A DNA stretch of 63,980 nucleotides, filler included, from Reticulomyxa filosa (Eukaryota; Protista; Foraminifera), in the NCBI GenBank assembly GCA_000512085.1. It is 22 parts of 22 records of this genome, joined end to end, with 100 filler letters (N's around TTAATTAATTAA, not from the genome) between each part and the next. Parts side by side here need not be neighbours in the genome. Positions count along the whole stretch, not along the records: positions 49,122 to 56,819 come from ASPP01009875.1; positions 56,920 to 58,161 come from ASPP01010291.1; positions 58,262 to 61,233 come from ASPP01006188.1; positions 61,334 to 62,654 come from ASPP01001407.1; positions 62,755 to 63,980 come from ASPP01022469.1; 17 more parts are not named here. The stretch is one strand, 5' to 3'. Both the position numbers and the translations under genes were made by a program. Under the pieces are notes generated by a model. The model saw only the letters and a list, made by a program, of their open reading frames with translations, did not search any database and was not told the origin of the DNA. Shown piece by piece: positions 50,686 through 63,980 of this stretch. How positions within the stretch are numbered: the first letter of the stretch is position 1; each line of letters opens with the position of its first letter.

Positions 50686-51729
50686 TCAAGACTGAGACTT
50701 TTCATTGTGAACGGTGATGCAAGGATACAAGACGACACGTGTGGGTACAGCATCAACATTAACGATTGGAGACAACTGTAAGTTCAAAAGAAAATAGCCA
50801 TCTTTGACACTTTCAGGCACAAATATAGATTCCGTAATCATCTTTTTGACATGCCCGGTGGGACACTGTGAAGACTCGCGATCAAAGAAAAAAAACTTTT
50901 TATGCGAGCTAACTTTTTCATTGACTTCTTTATCAATGGATGGCAAGTCCATCAACAATACATTACAATGAGGGGCCAATTCATTAATATAGTCAATTGC
51001 ATCCGAAGTAAAGTAGGGCGGGTTTGTCCCACTCCATACATGAGTGTTGATGTTTTTGATATTTGTTCCAGCAACACGAAACATTAGTGCTTGATGGAAA
51101 AAAAATTTTGCAGCGTCATATTTTTTTTGCAAGTTTTATGTTTTATGGTACTATGCTCACTTTCGTTTGTGTTCGAATGTTCACTTGTTTTTTCTTCATG
51201 TGGGGCAGACCCTTTTTCCCAAAAGTCCCCCTTCAATTGAGCCAAGTCCGAATTCTTCCATACTCTTTTCAACGCAGCTTTCGATTGCAGCTGCTGTTAT
51301 GACAAGATCGTCGTCCTTCGGATTGTCGTAATATACCTTTCTTGTTTTGTCACTACTTTTTTGCTGCTCTTTGACTGCGGCTTGAAAGGCAGCCGCTTCA
51401 ATGGTGACCAAAACACAGCCAAAGAAACACTTCTCTGGGGCTAAGTCGCTTACGCTGGGCGCACTCACGTCGACGTGTGCGCCTGATTCGGTGTGCGTGG
51501 TCGCGTTGTGGGGGTTAATATGGTAAATATCCACGTTCACTGGGGATTGCTTTTTCAGACTATACAGGCTCACTTTTTCTGAAGGCTTCATCCCAAAGCA
51601 GTGTGAATGAGAACTACTAAACACTGGGATGGAAGCATCAATTGGAGATAACAAATCGAATTTTGCCACAGTGTCTTCGCTTAAATGAGCTGACGCTGTC
51701 AACTGACACGATATTTGCTTTGCCATCAT
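50686..51729 (-). CDS. Cyclase / kynurenine formamidase (KynB-like) metal-dependent hydrolase, apparently intronless
   Basis: DLLSPIDASIP, NPHNATTHTESGAHV, WSGTNPPYF, LLMDLPSIDKE, ITESIFVP..VKDG.FLLNLQ motifs; two homopolymer frameshifts at about 51121-51231. Confidence 0.85.
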
Positions 51730-52142
51730 ATAATATTAGCGTTCAGTTTTTTAAAACTACGAATAATTTTAAAAAACGCTCTCCTGTCAACCTGAAACGT
51801 TTCACAAAATATTTGACTAGTGTTCTGGAGCAGTAACGGGCGAATTTATGACAAAATTTCGTCTAATTTTTTATGGAGCCTTTGCACTGATTTTAAAAGA
51901 ATAAATCATTGTAATGGGATTGATTTTTTTTTTTATTAATTGTTTCTAAGACAAAAAGTCTTCATTAAAAAATTTATTTGTTTTGACTCTCATTTACATC
52001 CATTTCCCGAGATCAGTGTTAAAATATTTTGAAAAACGATCTTCTTCATGTGCAAAACGTTTGAAGGAAAGGAGAAAGATAATTTTGACAAATTTAGTTT
52101 GTGTTTGTACTTTTGGACGAAGGATCTGATATTAATTATTAA

Positions 52143-54877
52143 TTATTCATCAACTCCACAAGCAAAATAAAAAGGCCATCTTTTCTTTTTAGTTTGCTTT
52201 TCAGCTATGTTACTGAGTCGAGGTGTTGACAACCGTGACAGTCGTGAATGTCTTTTTTGAGGAACAGCAGACGTTTCAACAACTAACTTGATATTATGGG
52301 GACTGTTACCACTTCCATCGCTTAATTGTTTTTCTGATTTCGTTACATCAACTGACACCTTATGCAATAAATTCAAGCCAGTGTTATAGAAAAATAAGTA
52401 AACGCGGGGGAAAAAATATAAAAAATTCGATGCAAACCTCAGGCAAGCAGGTCGAGGATTGTTCTGTGGAGAACATAAAATGGACTTTCGTTTTTACTTG
52501 GAAAAATAAAAAGAGAATACAAACCTTTCGTCCATGGTTTAATGGCAGCATCAGTAACTTGTTGTTCCAATTTTTCGTTTTCATCCTAGTGATATTTTTG
52601 TAGAAAAAGCAAATATTTGTTGACAATTGCAAACAGATTCTAAACTTTCAATTTTGCAATTTCAAGCTCTAAATCTTTTTGAATTGAATCTCTTTCAGTC
52701 TGGAATTTGGCAGTTATTATTTGCATTTGAGACATTTCCAATTCGACCAGTTTTCGATGCAATTGTTTTGTTTCATTTTTTTCTCGTGCAAGCTGTGTTC
52801 ACATTTTTTTGGTTGTTACCTTTATTGTTTGCCATGGCAAAACTGCACTTTTAATCAAAACAAAAAAACGAAACGTTCATCTCTAAATCATTGATTTGTT
52901 GCAAATGATTTTGAATTATTTGCTGCATGTCTTTATCTTCTCCATTTTGCTGTTTCAGTTCTTTTTCTTTTTCCCGCACGTTCTTAAGAGTCGAAATTTG
53001 TAAGTGCAGTTCGTCTAACATTGTTTTTAATTCCTGAATTTCGTCGTCTTTTAGCTCTATCTGTTTTTCTTTGTTGCCCAATATTTCATTGATAGGATGG
53101 TCCTTTAGCATTTCCGTCAGATTTTCAATTTGTTTTTTCAATTGTTGATTTTCTCTCAATAATTCTTGGGCATCCAAAGCTTTATTGATCACTGGCAGAT
53201 TTTTTATGTATGCGGCACGTGCAGCAAATCGAAGTGATGAATATGTTTCTTCCTTTTATTGTATTGTAAACAAACAAACAAAGCAACGTGCAGCGACGTT
53301 AATTTTGTGATGAAATTGGCTCTATATTTTTTTTTTTTGAAAGTTCTTTTATCTTGTTTAACTCGATGTCGAGCTTCTGAAGCGACGCAAACAATCAAAA
53401 ACGTTTTACAATTCCCACCGAGTGCTTGTTTCAAAAGTTTGGTGAGAGAAGAATCACGAAATGGTACATGAACGGAAAATGAAGGAGGTTTTTTGGGATT
53501 GTTGGTATCGTTATTGTGATGATCCACTGAAGCGGAGGCAGCGATTGGACTCCCTAATGCATTAAAAGTGACACCAGAGTGGCTCATTCCTAATGCCTCA
53601 ATCACTCTTGACAGTACCGTCAAGGATGAATTTATGTATCCTGCCTCTTTCAGTTGAACACCCTCCGTTTTGCTTTTGCTTACCATTTCACTTCCTGCCA
53701 AGTCAACAAATGATAACACAGAGTCTTTGCTTTCGCCTGCCAGAGTCTTCATTTTTTTTTTGGAGTCAGTTATTTGTACGTTTAATTGCAATGTGTCACT
53801 CTGCTTTTAAATGAAAGAAAGTTTAAAAAGACAAGAAATATTATATAGAGAGAGTAAAATTACTTCTTGAATTAATTGAAATTGCAACAGGACGTGTGAT
53901 CGTGATGAACATTCGTTCATCACTGTGGAAGACACTTCTCGGTGCATCTGAATTTTTTTAAGTCTAAATGTAGCCTCTTCTTTCGATTGCAAATATTCGC
54001 TTTTCAAGTTTTCAACATAAAATTTTTTCAATTCATGATTTTCTCGAATTTTGAGATTTTTACTATTGTCTGGAGCTATTAAGTCCCTCAGCGTTGTCTG
54101 ACTCCAAAAAAAAAAAGAGCAAGATTTGTAACAGCACATATAACACTTTTTTTTTATTTCGTTGCAAATATTAACGTTGTAAATCTCTACGCAAGATACG
54201 CTTACGTAATACTTTTTGATGTGCTTGGATTCTGTTAAGACGTCAAATAACTGCAGTATTACGCGAGGAACTAATCCGTATAAATTGGGATCTATTTCTT
54301 GATTCGACGCATCAAAATTCTTACCGAATATAGTGTACGTTTTTCCACTTTTTATTTTTGTGTATGTAGTAAACCAAAAAACTTCAACCTATCCGTTTTA
54401 TATTTCAAATTGAAAACAAAAAAAAAAGGGATGTGAACCTTCCGGTTTGTCCATATGCAAAGATGGTTGCATTAAATCCTTCCAAGTATGCCGACAATGC
54501 AGGCACACCAATTGTTTCATAAACATCTCTGATCAATTACAACATTTTGTGAACCTTTGTTTTCAATGTAAAATTAACAGTCAAGTTAACTGTTGCAACA
54601 TTCCTTCCCCGATAACACCATCAAAAGGAAACAATTTTTTACGCATCCACACTTCTCCAGTTTGGGGATTATATTGCAAGTCTCTGTCGTTACTGTTACA
54701 TTTTTCATAGCCATTTGCAACGACAGCCTCTTTGGGTTGCTTTTCAATTTCCAAAGAGGGCGCATCAGTGGAAGTAGTATAGCTGGACCACTGAGATGAA
54801 GAATCACTATCAGTTTTGGAGTTTCTTTTTTTTGGTTTAGCTCTCAAATATACTCTTATTTTTTCTCCAGTGGACAT
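52143..54877 (-). CDS. Kinesin-like protein (N-terminal motor, coiled-coil tail)
   Basis: IRVYLR, IFAYGQTG-SGKTYT, EIYN, SSRSH, FVDLAGSE, INSSL and HVPFRDSSLTKLL..LGGNCKT motifs; many introns. Confidence 0.96.
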
Positions 54878-55316
54878 GACTTGCTTGTTGGTTGTACGAA
54901 ACTAGAACAAAAACGCATTACTTTCTAACAATTTTGCTTAGTTAATTTTTTGCTCATAATGTTTCAAAACATTGAATATTCAATACGTTGCAATTTTCCT
55001 TCAAAAAAATAAACTTAAAAAATATTTGTTTTAACCCCAAAGAAAAATTTTTTAATGAATTATGCTTAAGCAACTTAGTTTTTATCAATACAAGTAAAAC
55101 AAAGAGTGACTTATTTTGTATAATTGTGATAGTTGCATTAAGTTTCATTCCAGAATGATTTTTTTGGACTACTTAAAGGCGCTCTACATCTTTTAACAAA
55201 TGGACGTTTTTGCACATTTTATTTAAAAACAAATTATTTCGATACATGCATTGGTCACAAGAATTTCTTAAAAAAACGACGTGAAGACTGTTTCCAAAAA
55301 AAATTAAAATTTTACA

Positions 55317-56727
55317 TCAACAGCCACCGCAGTTTAATCCAGAGCAATGACAACCACCACAACCACCGCCGTCACAGTTACCACAATGGCCACAGTCGCA
55401 TCCGTGACAGCTGCAGTCGCAATTGCAGCCATTGTCATGGTGATTTCCTCCTCCATTTCCATCGCCACCAATCCACCAGCAATAATATGAACCTGCGAAA
55501 TCATCCTTGCAAAATTCTCTAACGCACAAAGCCACGAGATCAATATCACGTCCGCCCATGCAATAAGCTAAGATCGCCATTAGTGCAATGAGCCCGCCAA
55601 CAAACGCAAACACTCCACAAGATATCAGCAGGTTGACAGAACTATCTTTTTTTTTTTTTGCCGACATATAAAATGTAAAAAAAAAAAAGACAGAATTTTT
55701 AAATTGGATTTTCTGTGGCACTTAACGTTCCATTGCCAACAAAATAGAGCTTATCCTGGTACGCTCTGTTAAATTCATAAGGAATGTAAGGAAACACATC
55801 ACCAGTGGATGTTTGTATTTCGGCAATAAAATAACAGGTATTTTGACTAGTGGAGAGCCAGCTGATCAATGCGAGTACTTGAAGTAACCTTTACAAATAT
55901 TTTTTTTACAAAATAAAATATTTGAATAGCCTACCAAAAAAAAAAAAAAAGTTGCAAATTTGGCCACAAACTATGAATAACATTGGAGAGGTATACATAC
56001 AAGCAAAACCAGATTCCACAAGCGGATGTATACTGTTTGTGGTTTCCACCTGTACACATACAAACAAAGCGATAGTAAAGATGAAATAAAGACGACACGA
56101 GGATAAACCAAAACCAACTTTTTAAACGAACAAACAAATAAACAAGTTAGCTTACATCCAAAACAACATCCCCTTCCATAACAAGCAAAACCCAAAGGGA
56201 TGATCGAGAGTATGACAAGCCACAAAAATGCCTATATATCAATGGTCGCCAAATATGCGAAAAATGAAGTGTGTAAGGTGTATAGGATTGATTTTTAGCA
56301 AACCATTTGAAATATTTTAAGGGTGACCTTTTTTTTTCCTTTTTCTTTTTTTTTTTTTTTTTTTGAGACGTATAAAACAAACAAACAAACAAAAAAAACT
56401 AACATTCCCCGCCGAACTAATACTGTCCAGTTGTGTCAAATTCAATTCGAAACACGCGCCCGTTTGCTTGGTGTAACTGCACAGCTGCGGAATGGCATTG
56501 CCGTTGGTTTTGTAGTAAATGGATTGCCCGTTGTCGGGAATCGATTGGTGCTGGTTATAACGATCGTAATCGGCTGACGTCACTGTGTAGTCCAAGAACA
56601 CCGTGCTTTTAGTAAAGCTACATAGTACCGAGTAAGCGTTTGTGAGGTTGTATTTTATCAACGTCGATGAGTTTTCCGTCATTGTCACAGTTGTCAAATC
56701 TTGTACTGACAAACCAACAATCTGCAA
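55317..56727 (-). CDS. Hypothetical multi-TM protein with Cys/Gly-rich C-terminal tail (5' truncated)
   Basis: Exons with a lumenal-like region and TM segments, ending CNCDCSCHGCDCGHCGNCDGGGCGGCHCSGLNCGGC. Confidence 0.55.
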
Positions 56728-56919
56728 AGCAAGGGGGAGGGGTATGAAGGAAATAGGAACAGAGAGATATCACGTATATTAGTCATAGTTGTCCAATTGA
56801 TCCAAAAAAAAAAAAAAAANNNNNNNNNNNNNNNNNNNNNNNNNNNNNNNNNNNNNNNNNNNNTTAATTAATTAANNNNNNNNNNNNNNNNNNNNNNNNN
56901 NNNNNNNNNNNNNNNNNNN

Positions 56920-57348
56920 AGCCGGGTTGATGCGGCGCAAAGTATCCGTGGTGGCAGCCGTTACCTGCAAAGGATGCTCGACCATATTCCGGCGCGGATC
57001 AGCATGCCGGATCGGCAGTGGTTTGCCCTCGCCGCTTATAATCTTGGCTTAAGTCATGTCGAAAGTGCCCGTACGCTGACAGCAAAACAAGGTGCGAACC
57101 CAGACAATTGGGCCGAAGTGAAACAACGGTTACCGCTGCTGCGCCAACGCAAGTACTACCGCCAGACACAAACCGGATATGCCCGTGGCGATATGGCAGT
57201 GTATTACGTGGAAAATATCCGCCGTTATTACGACACCTTGTTATGGATTGACGAGAAAAAACAAGCCGAACAACGACAAAAAGCCGCTAATCCAAAGCAG
57301 CCGCCCGCCGCTACACCAGCAGCAAAACCAGCGGTAACTAAAGGCTAG
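56920..57348 (+). CDS. mltF: Bacterial membrane-bound lytic murein transglycosylase F, C-terminal part
   Basis: [32 protein letters not shown] and [16 protein letters not shown] motifs; adjacent to tadA as in gammaproteobacteria. Confidence 0.93.
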   Translation, partial: SRVDAAQSIRGGSRYLQRMLDHIPARISMPDRQWFALAAYNLGLSHVESARTLTAKQGANPDNWAEVKQRLPLLRQRKYYRQTQTGYARGDMAVYYVENIRRYYDTLLWIDEKKQAEQRQKAANPKQPPAATPAAKPAVTKG

Positions 57349-57367
57349 TACGGCTTTCGCATCAGCG

Positions 57368-57410
57368 AGCCGTCTGGCGATGCAGCTTGCACTGTCGGCC
57401 GGCTTTTTTT
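57368..57410 (+). terminator. Probable rho-independent terminator of mltF
   Basis: AGCCG...CGGCT imperfect GC-rich hairpin followed by T7, 20 bp after the stop. Confidence 0.65.
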
Positions 57411-57443
57411 ATAGTGCGCCATGTCACCTTACAGGACCTGAAG

Positions 57444-58103
<660 letters not shown>

Positions 58104-58261
58104 TCACAGACGCTGGCCGATTTTAACACGTGCAGTTAGCGAATTTGACTGTTATGTTAGTNNNNNNNNNNNNNNNNNNNNNNNNNNNNNNNNNNNNNNN
58201 NNNNNTTAATTAATTAANNNNNNNNNNNNNNNNNNNNNNNNNNNNNNNNNNNNNNNNNNNN

Positions 58262-58297
<36 letters not shown>

Positions 58298-58319
58298 GAA
58301 GACAATAAGAATTAAGTAA

Positions 58320-59418
58320 TGAAAAAAACAGGACTGATGCATACCATTTTCCACCATTGCTTCGGTGAGATTATTTAATATCTTTGTGAAAACGGACAGA
58401 AATATCAACTTGCGTGACCAAACAATTAATTGACGAGGATCATCTCTGCCATCAGTCATTGTCAGAAATAATCCACTGCGGAGGTAACATCACCAACAAA
58501 AATCAAACAAATTAAAAGGGTGCATACACACAAAAAAAAAAAAAACATATATATACGTAGCGCTTATCGATTGCTTTAAAAATTAATACATTTGTCTCTT
58601 TTCAAATAAACAAAATCAATAAATAAAACAAAAACATAAAATAAAACAAAACTGTGCAGCTTTTCGAGATTGAAGATCCTGAGCCCAACCAAATGGTAAA
58701 GCAATTAGCACCACATCAATTCGCGACCAACACATTTGTTGCAAGAGTTTTTTGTTCTTCTGCTTTATTCATTGTTTTAATTTTGATCACTAAATTGGTC
58801 GGAACTATAAACCATTCCAACACTGACGTTAATGTACCTTCATTGCGAAATGCTTGCACAAATGAGAAGGGCGGTTTATTCTGTGTTTTTCAGTTTAATC
58901 ATCATTTTAATCTGTTTTTTTTTTTTTTTTTTTTTGGCATGCTCATCAAACAAGCATATTACAAGGTGGAAAAAAAAAAGGGGGAGGGGAAGACCAAAAA
59001 ATTTATAGAGGTCCTTTGAGGCTAAGCTAATCCACGTTATGTTAAAATGGCTGTAACAATAACTCACTACACATCTTTTTGTTGATTAACTGGTATGCTC
59101 GTTCGGATTTGAATAGCTTTCGACTTGCTATCACATGTTGGCACGCCCCCCCAACCTTTCATTAAACTATGCACACTCTTGTCATCTAGCCGATAACACA
59201 AATCCGAACAGGCTCTTTCGTCTTGGATGTCATAAAATGTACTCACGATCACTATTAACCAATGAATTACAAACAAAAATTAGCAACAATTTGATAAAAG
59301 GCTTTTATTTCGCCTGACCAATGCATAGGAAAGGGCAGTCAGAGGAAAAATTTGTTTTCTGTTTTGTAAACTTACAGTTCTCAATTCTTTGTTCTCGATA
59401 CTTGCCAATTTTGTTCAT
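58320..59418 (-). CDS. Hypothetical multi-exon protein (3' truncated)
   Basis: Short coding-like blocks separated by homopolymer-rich introns; no motif recognised. Confidence 0.3.
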
Positions 59419-59925
59419 AGACCGCCGAAATTCAGTTTTAATGTTGTTTAAAAAGCAAAATTTGATTTATTTTCAACTTTGAAGAGCCTTAAGTTTTCAT
59501 GCAAAGTTTGCACATTGTATTTGTTTGAGAGTTGTTTCAGGAACTGAACATTAAAAATTGCCAGTGCGTGAATGCGAAAATGATTGAATGCAATTACTAG
59601 AGAACTGGATCAAGTTAATGTTATTATTTGCAAGCTATTCTCCCAAATTATCTATTGGCTTTTTCCTTTTTCAAACATGCTTTTTGCTTTTTTTTTTTTC
59701 TGTTGGGCATGCGAACGATTTACAAAAACCTCTAAGTTGCATAGTTAAAAAAAAGCACAAAAAATTTTTATGTACACGCTTGACCCCTTGTGTGGCTATA
59801 AGTTACGCGTTCTGGCTGTTGTGTCACCATTCATTTCATCTCATTTGCAAATTATTTTTCTTTTGCTTTTTTGCGTTTTCTGTTGGATATATTTGTTGCC
59901 TTTTTTACAGTACACTGGCAATAAC

Positions 59926-61233
59926 ATGTCAACGTTGTCTCCAATTTCAGTTTGCAATTTGGCTCATGTGCTAACGGGTGTGAGTAACTCTCCACCAGTA
60001 TCTTGCGGCGTGGCGGGAATATCAGGGAAAAACCGTGGTACAATTCCGCCATTGCTTTCGGCGGAACAAAGCAGCCCAATACGAGAGCAGAAGAAATGTC
60101 CGTACATTTCAACAAAACCATCACTGTTTTCGTTGCCGGTGACATTAACAATGGTACATTCATCTTCCAAAGAGGCTTGGGAATCGCTGGTGTCGAAATA
60201 TCCCCCGGATCTGGACAACACAATGATAGTATTGAGTGTTGGGAGAGGTCGTTTTCAAATGCCGTTGCGAGGATTTTTTAAGTATCGAAAAACACGTTTG
60301 GGATCGTATGTATTTTCACCATTGCCATGGACGACCATAACTGCGACATCGGCAATAACAGCAACAAATGAGATGAAGCCAATTGACACAAATGAAGGTC
60401 AATCGAGTGTAAAAGTGAAAGACGGTGATAATGATGACAGCGACAACAATAATAATAACAACAATAATAATAACAACAATAGTAATAATAATAATAGCAA
60501 AGATAATTCGAATGAATTGGCGGACATAGCAACTGCTGCAATGATTGACCAATGGTGTTTAAAGCCTCCTTATATAGACGTCCAATGGGAAGACGAAAAA
60601 TATCATTGGCATTATCGGATCGAACGAAGCGAGATATTATTTCGTTATGTCATGAAATATCTGTCCAGTCCCAACTTGTTCTTTGAACCAACGCCGAACA
60701 GCATAGGCCTAGTCGTTACTCCGTACGATGACCATCGCAACGATCATGATGTGCTTCCCTCTATGATTGAAATAAAGCATATTCTGCAAGAGATTGATTT
60801 CTACGGTTTACATGAATTTTTGCCAAACGATGTTTTGCTTGCGTTCCAATATGACCTCCCTCGCCATGGTCTCGATACGCCTCACTCCATCCAGGCTGTT
60901 CAAACCAAACTCGAACGAGCGGTCGATAAGATGGTTGATCTTGTTCATCAAGTCAATGTGCGGTCCGCTATGCATGTATGCGAACAACAGCAACAGCAAC
61001 AATCGCCGTCAATTCGACACTGCATTAATAACGGCTGTTCCCCTTTCATTGAAAAAAATTGCTTTCCTTTCTCCAATGCTAAGCAAGCTGGGGATGCTTC
61101 CAATAGTTTAGATGCTTTGGCTTTTGCTGCTATGCAAGAATTGAATAGCATGCAAAAAAATCTTCACCAAAATGATCATCACCAGCCTACTCATGCTTCT
61201 TCCCAAAAAAAAGGTATGTGCGACGTACGCTTT
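59926..61233 (+). CDS. BTB/POZ (KCTD/T1-type) domain protein (3' truncated)
   Basis: IVLSVG.GRF..KY..TRLG, IERS..LFRYVMKYL and ILQEIDFYGL, with a poly-Asn insertion inside the domain. Confidence 0.8.
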
Positions 61234-62183
61234 NNNNNNNNNNNNNNNNNNNNNNNNNNNNNNNNNNNNNNNNNNNNTTAATTAATTAANNNNNNNNNNN
61301 NNNNNNNNNNNNNNNNNNNNNNNNNNNNNNNNNAATCTACTGTAGAAAGCTAGTGCAAACTTATATGCAATCACATAAATACATAATATGATATAACTGA
61401 CTGTTGCTTGACTGGCACAAAGTGTAATACGAAAGTATTGCTGCTTTTCACAAAAAGAAGTAATTTAAATCAAAAAATTTAAACAATAACAACTCACCAA
61501 AACAAGAGAAAACGAAAGTAAGATGTTATAAAAGTGTTGGGAAAAAAGTAGTTCCAATGTACAATTGAACAATGACAGCAAGCAGTGCATTGTGCTACAA
61601 TTTCAATACAATAATATTTAAAAATTCAATAATTAACCGAACAAAAGTTAAATAGATAAATTAAAAAAAGATAATCAAGCGTTAAATTATTTCATTTTGA
61701 CGATATTGTGTAATCGACATACTAAAACAAATTGTAAAATTTGTTTGTGGATGGAATCCTTTTTATGACGTTGCTATTTGAAACAATTAGAGAAATAATA
61801 TTTTACTTTTTATCCTAAAATGAAATAAAAGAATTTATTTCAAATTTAATCACACTATCGTATAGCAAAGAGACAAAAGAAAAAGTCTGACAGAGGAAAA
61901 TTTTTATTTAAAACGGTTTTGTTTTCTTGTGCAGCAGATATTTGTTGAGTAAAACAATATGCTTTGTTTGAAACAGCTACTTTCATTTCAGACTAGAGAA
62001 TTGTCTGCTCGTCGAACAAAGAAACAAGTAATTCAACAGAGACAAACATTACTAAGTCCCTTGAAAGATCAACATTCATTATATATTGTGCTGTGATGTC
62101 GGAGTAAGTCTTTTGTTCTTCATGATGTTTTTTGTATGTTGAATTTTACGTCGTTGTGATGATTGTGTTATATATCTGTCCAG

Positions 62184-62593
62184 CAAAGAAAAGCGAGCGC
62201 AACGCCGTACAATGGTAAGGTTCTATTTGTCCATTTTTTTGAGGTTCACTATTTCTCCGACAGGAGATGGGCAAATATAATATGCAATAAATAATGAAAA
62301 AAAAAAACAATAACAATGGCATAGGCGGTGAAAGAATTGGTGACAACAGAGCGTAAGTATGTGGAATTGATAACAAAACTGATAGAAAGCTATGTGGAAC
62401 CATTGGCATCCTCAAACGTTATAAGCGCAGAGGATCATGCAATACTATTTCCAGCGGACATTCACGCGATTAAAAATTGCAATAATCTGTTTTTACAAGC
62501 GTTGGAAAAAGTGATGCTCGAATTTGACAATCGCAGTACCAAAATCGCACAAGAAATTCTCAACTTCACGCCTTATTTTAAAATGTATCAAAA
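62184..62593 (+). CDS. RhoGEF (Dbl-homology) protein fragment
   Basis: RRTM-AVKELVTTERKYV..L..YVEPL..ILF..I..N..FL..L..PYFKMY; intron 62215-62324. Confidence 0.88.
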
Positions 62594-62754
62594 GTTAAGT
62601 TTTTTTTATTTTTGTGAACTTTTTACGATCCTTTTTTTTTTTTTTTTTTTTTTTNNNNNNNNNNNNNNNNNNNNNNNNNNNNNNNNNNNNNNNNNNNNTT
62701 AATTAATTAANNNNNNNNNNNNNNNNNNNNNNNNNNNNNNNNNNNNNNNNNNNN

Positions 62755-63980
62755 GCGGTTTTATTGACTTTGGTTATGGAATCGCTTTTTGCGCTTGAAA
62801 ACACGCAAAGTCGCCGCCCTCAGACGTATACTAATTCACATATTGCGTCTTAATGGAAAATGTTAAACGAAATATGTCAATGTCTCGAAGCGTTAATCAG
62901 AAGTATTGCAAAGGACTTGTTTATCATCAACGTATGTGGACACAAATTTCTATCGCTTTGACATGCCAACAATTATCCGCAAAGATTTTGTCGAACTGCA
63001 ATCTACAGACTCCAATGCAAGAAAAATTCAATGTATGGAAATTGTTTCGATTATTGTGTTCCATTTATAAAATTAGCAAAGATATTGGGCAGTCGTGTCA
63101 AAACTGGCCGTGTGCGCGCGCATATGCGCAAATTTGGATTTTTAATCATGCTCGTGCTGATTGGAGTAGTCATAAGCTCGTAGGCAACCATTGAATATTG
63201 ATAATTGGTGAATATAGAGATTATTACATTTTCTGGATCCATCATTGCAAGAGCTATGTACCTTGCACTTGTCAAAAGAGCTCGTGTAATCTTTGCTGAA
63301 CTATCTCCGGGATCGACTATTGACGACTGACAACGTGTTGAACGGCACCCAAGAAAGCAATCAAGAAGAACGACAGCGAATACGTACAAAAAAAAAAAGG
63401 GAATACAAATGATACCTTCACTAATCGCATTATCAATCCAAAAATTGTTGAATGGACGTATGTTGATTGGTGCAAAAATTTCCAATAACGACAGTCATCC
63501 AAGGTCAAAGCGTGTATATCTTACAAGTGTGACGATATTAAATAAATTTGGTATTTAGAAAATGTCCATTGTGTATGACTGTATTGGAACAATCGAAGAG
63601 TGAGATGAAAGTATGACAAACACTTGGCAACAAACAATCATTGCATAAAGAGCAGATCAAGATTAATTCAAATAATAGTTGCGCCATTTGGAAACATTCC
63701 CTCCTCCAACTTTGCAAGACATTCGACCAGTGAACGGAAGCAATGACGAAATATTTTTGGATGAAGATGCAGAAATGAATGACGATTAGTACGAAGACGA
63801 AGACGGAGACAAAGACAACAAGTCCAAACACAGATACGCAAAAAGCATGTTGGTGAATTTGTTGACGTGACTATCGGCGATCGAGATCGATTTCGAGTCT
63901 TGGAAAACAAAACAGGCGTTGTGCAATATTTTTGCGATGTGGAGCTTTCCAATGAAAAACTTATTGAAATTGAGCTGGAT
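62755..63980 (+). pseudogene. Probable pseudogene ending in a degenerate CAP-Gly domain
   Basis: Coding-like frames broken by TAA/TAG; final segment IGDR..KTGVVQYFCDVELSNEKLIEIELD resembles the CAP-Gly start with key glycines lost. Confidence 0.4.

Noticed and set aside
56328-56403. Ideal U-tract/A-tract intron example
   Set aside because: Using the AG at 56328 does not keep the frame; the true acceptor is probably near 56232, so it was not counted
63051-63485. 144-aa minus-strand ORF
   Set aside because: The plus strand shows more coding-like, splice-bounded segments, so this is probably a shadow ORF
62755-63980. Alternative genetic code (TAA/TAG read as sense) to explain in-frame stops
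   Set aside because: Well-conserved genes in the window end normally at TAA, TAG and TGA and lack internal stops; decay is the simpler explanation

Overview
This window is not one contiguous locus. It is a concatenation of 22 short contigs joined by 21 identical artificial 100-bp spacers (44 N + TTAATTAATTAA + 44 N, a six-frame stop linker), so gene order across spacers is meaningless. Nearly all contigs come from an AT-rich, intron-rich eukaryote. Short GT-AG introns, homopolymer and microsatellite tracts, and members of expanded WD40, kelch-like, TRAF/RING-like and CAP-Gly families point to a foraminiferan such as Reticulomyxa (inference from recalled family motifs, not a search). Recognisable genes, most truncated by contig ends: eIF3m last exon, TMEM163/CDF-like transporter, IFT139/TTC21, enoyl-CoA isomerase/hydratase, glyoxalase II, beta-mannosidase, PP2C, NSRP1, Sec7 ARF-GEF, AKAP7-like 2H phosphoesterase, guanylate kinase, two RhoGEF DH proteins, an EEP hydrolase, FN3-TLDc, mTERF-like, WD40, a RING/IBR-histidine phosphatase fusion, a KynB/cyclase-family hydrolase, kinesin and a BTB protein. 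There is a decayed Tc1-like transposon family (one copy with both TIRs and TA target sites) and one GC-rich gammaproteobacterial contig (mltF, tadA). The most interesting signals are an inverted intron composition (U-rich after the donor, A-rich before the AG), 5-nt and 13-nt micro-exons, the RING/IBR-phosphatase fusion and two bacterial-type genes embedded in eukaryotic contigs. I found no CRISPR array, rRNA, tRNA or prokaryotic defence system. Many frameshifts fall in homopolymers and are probably sequencing errors.
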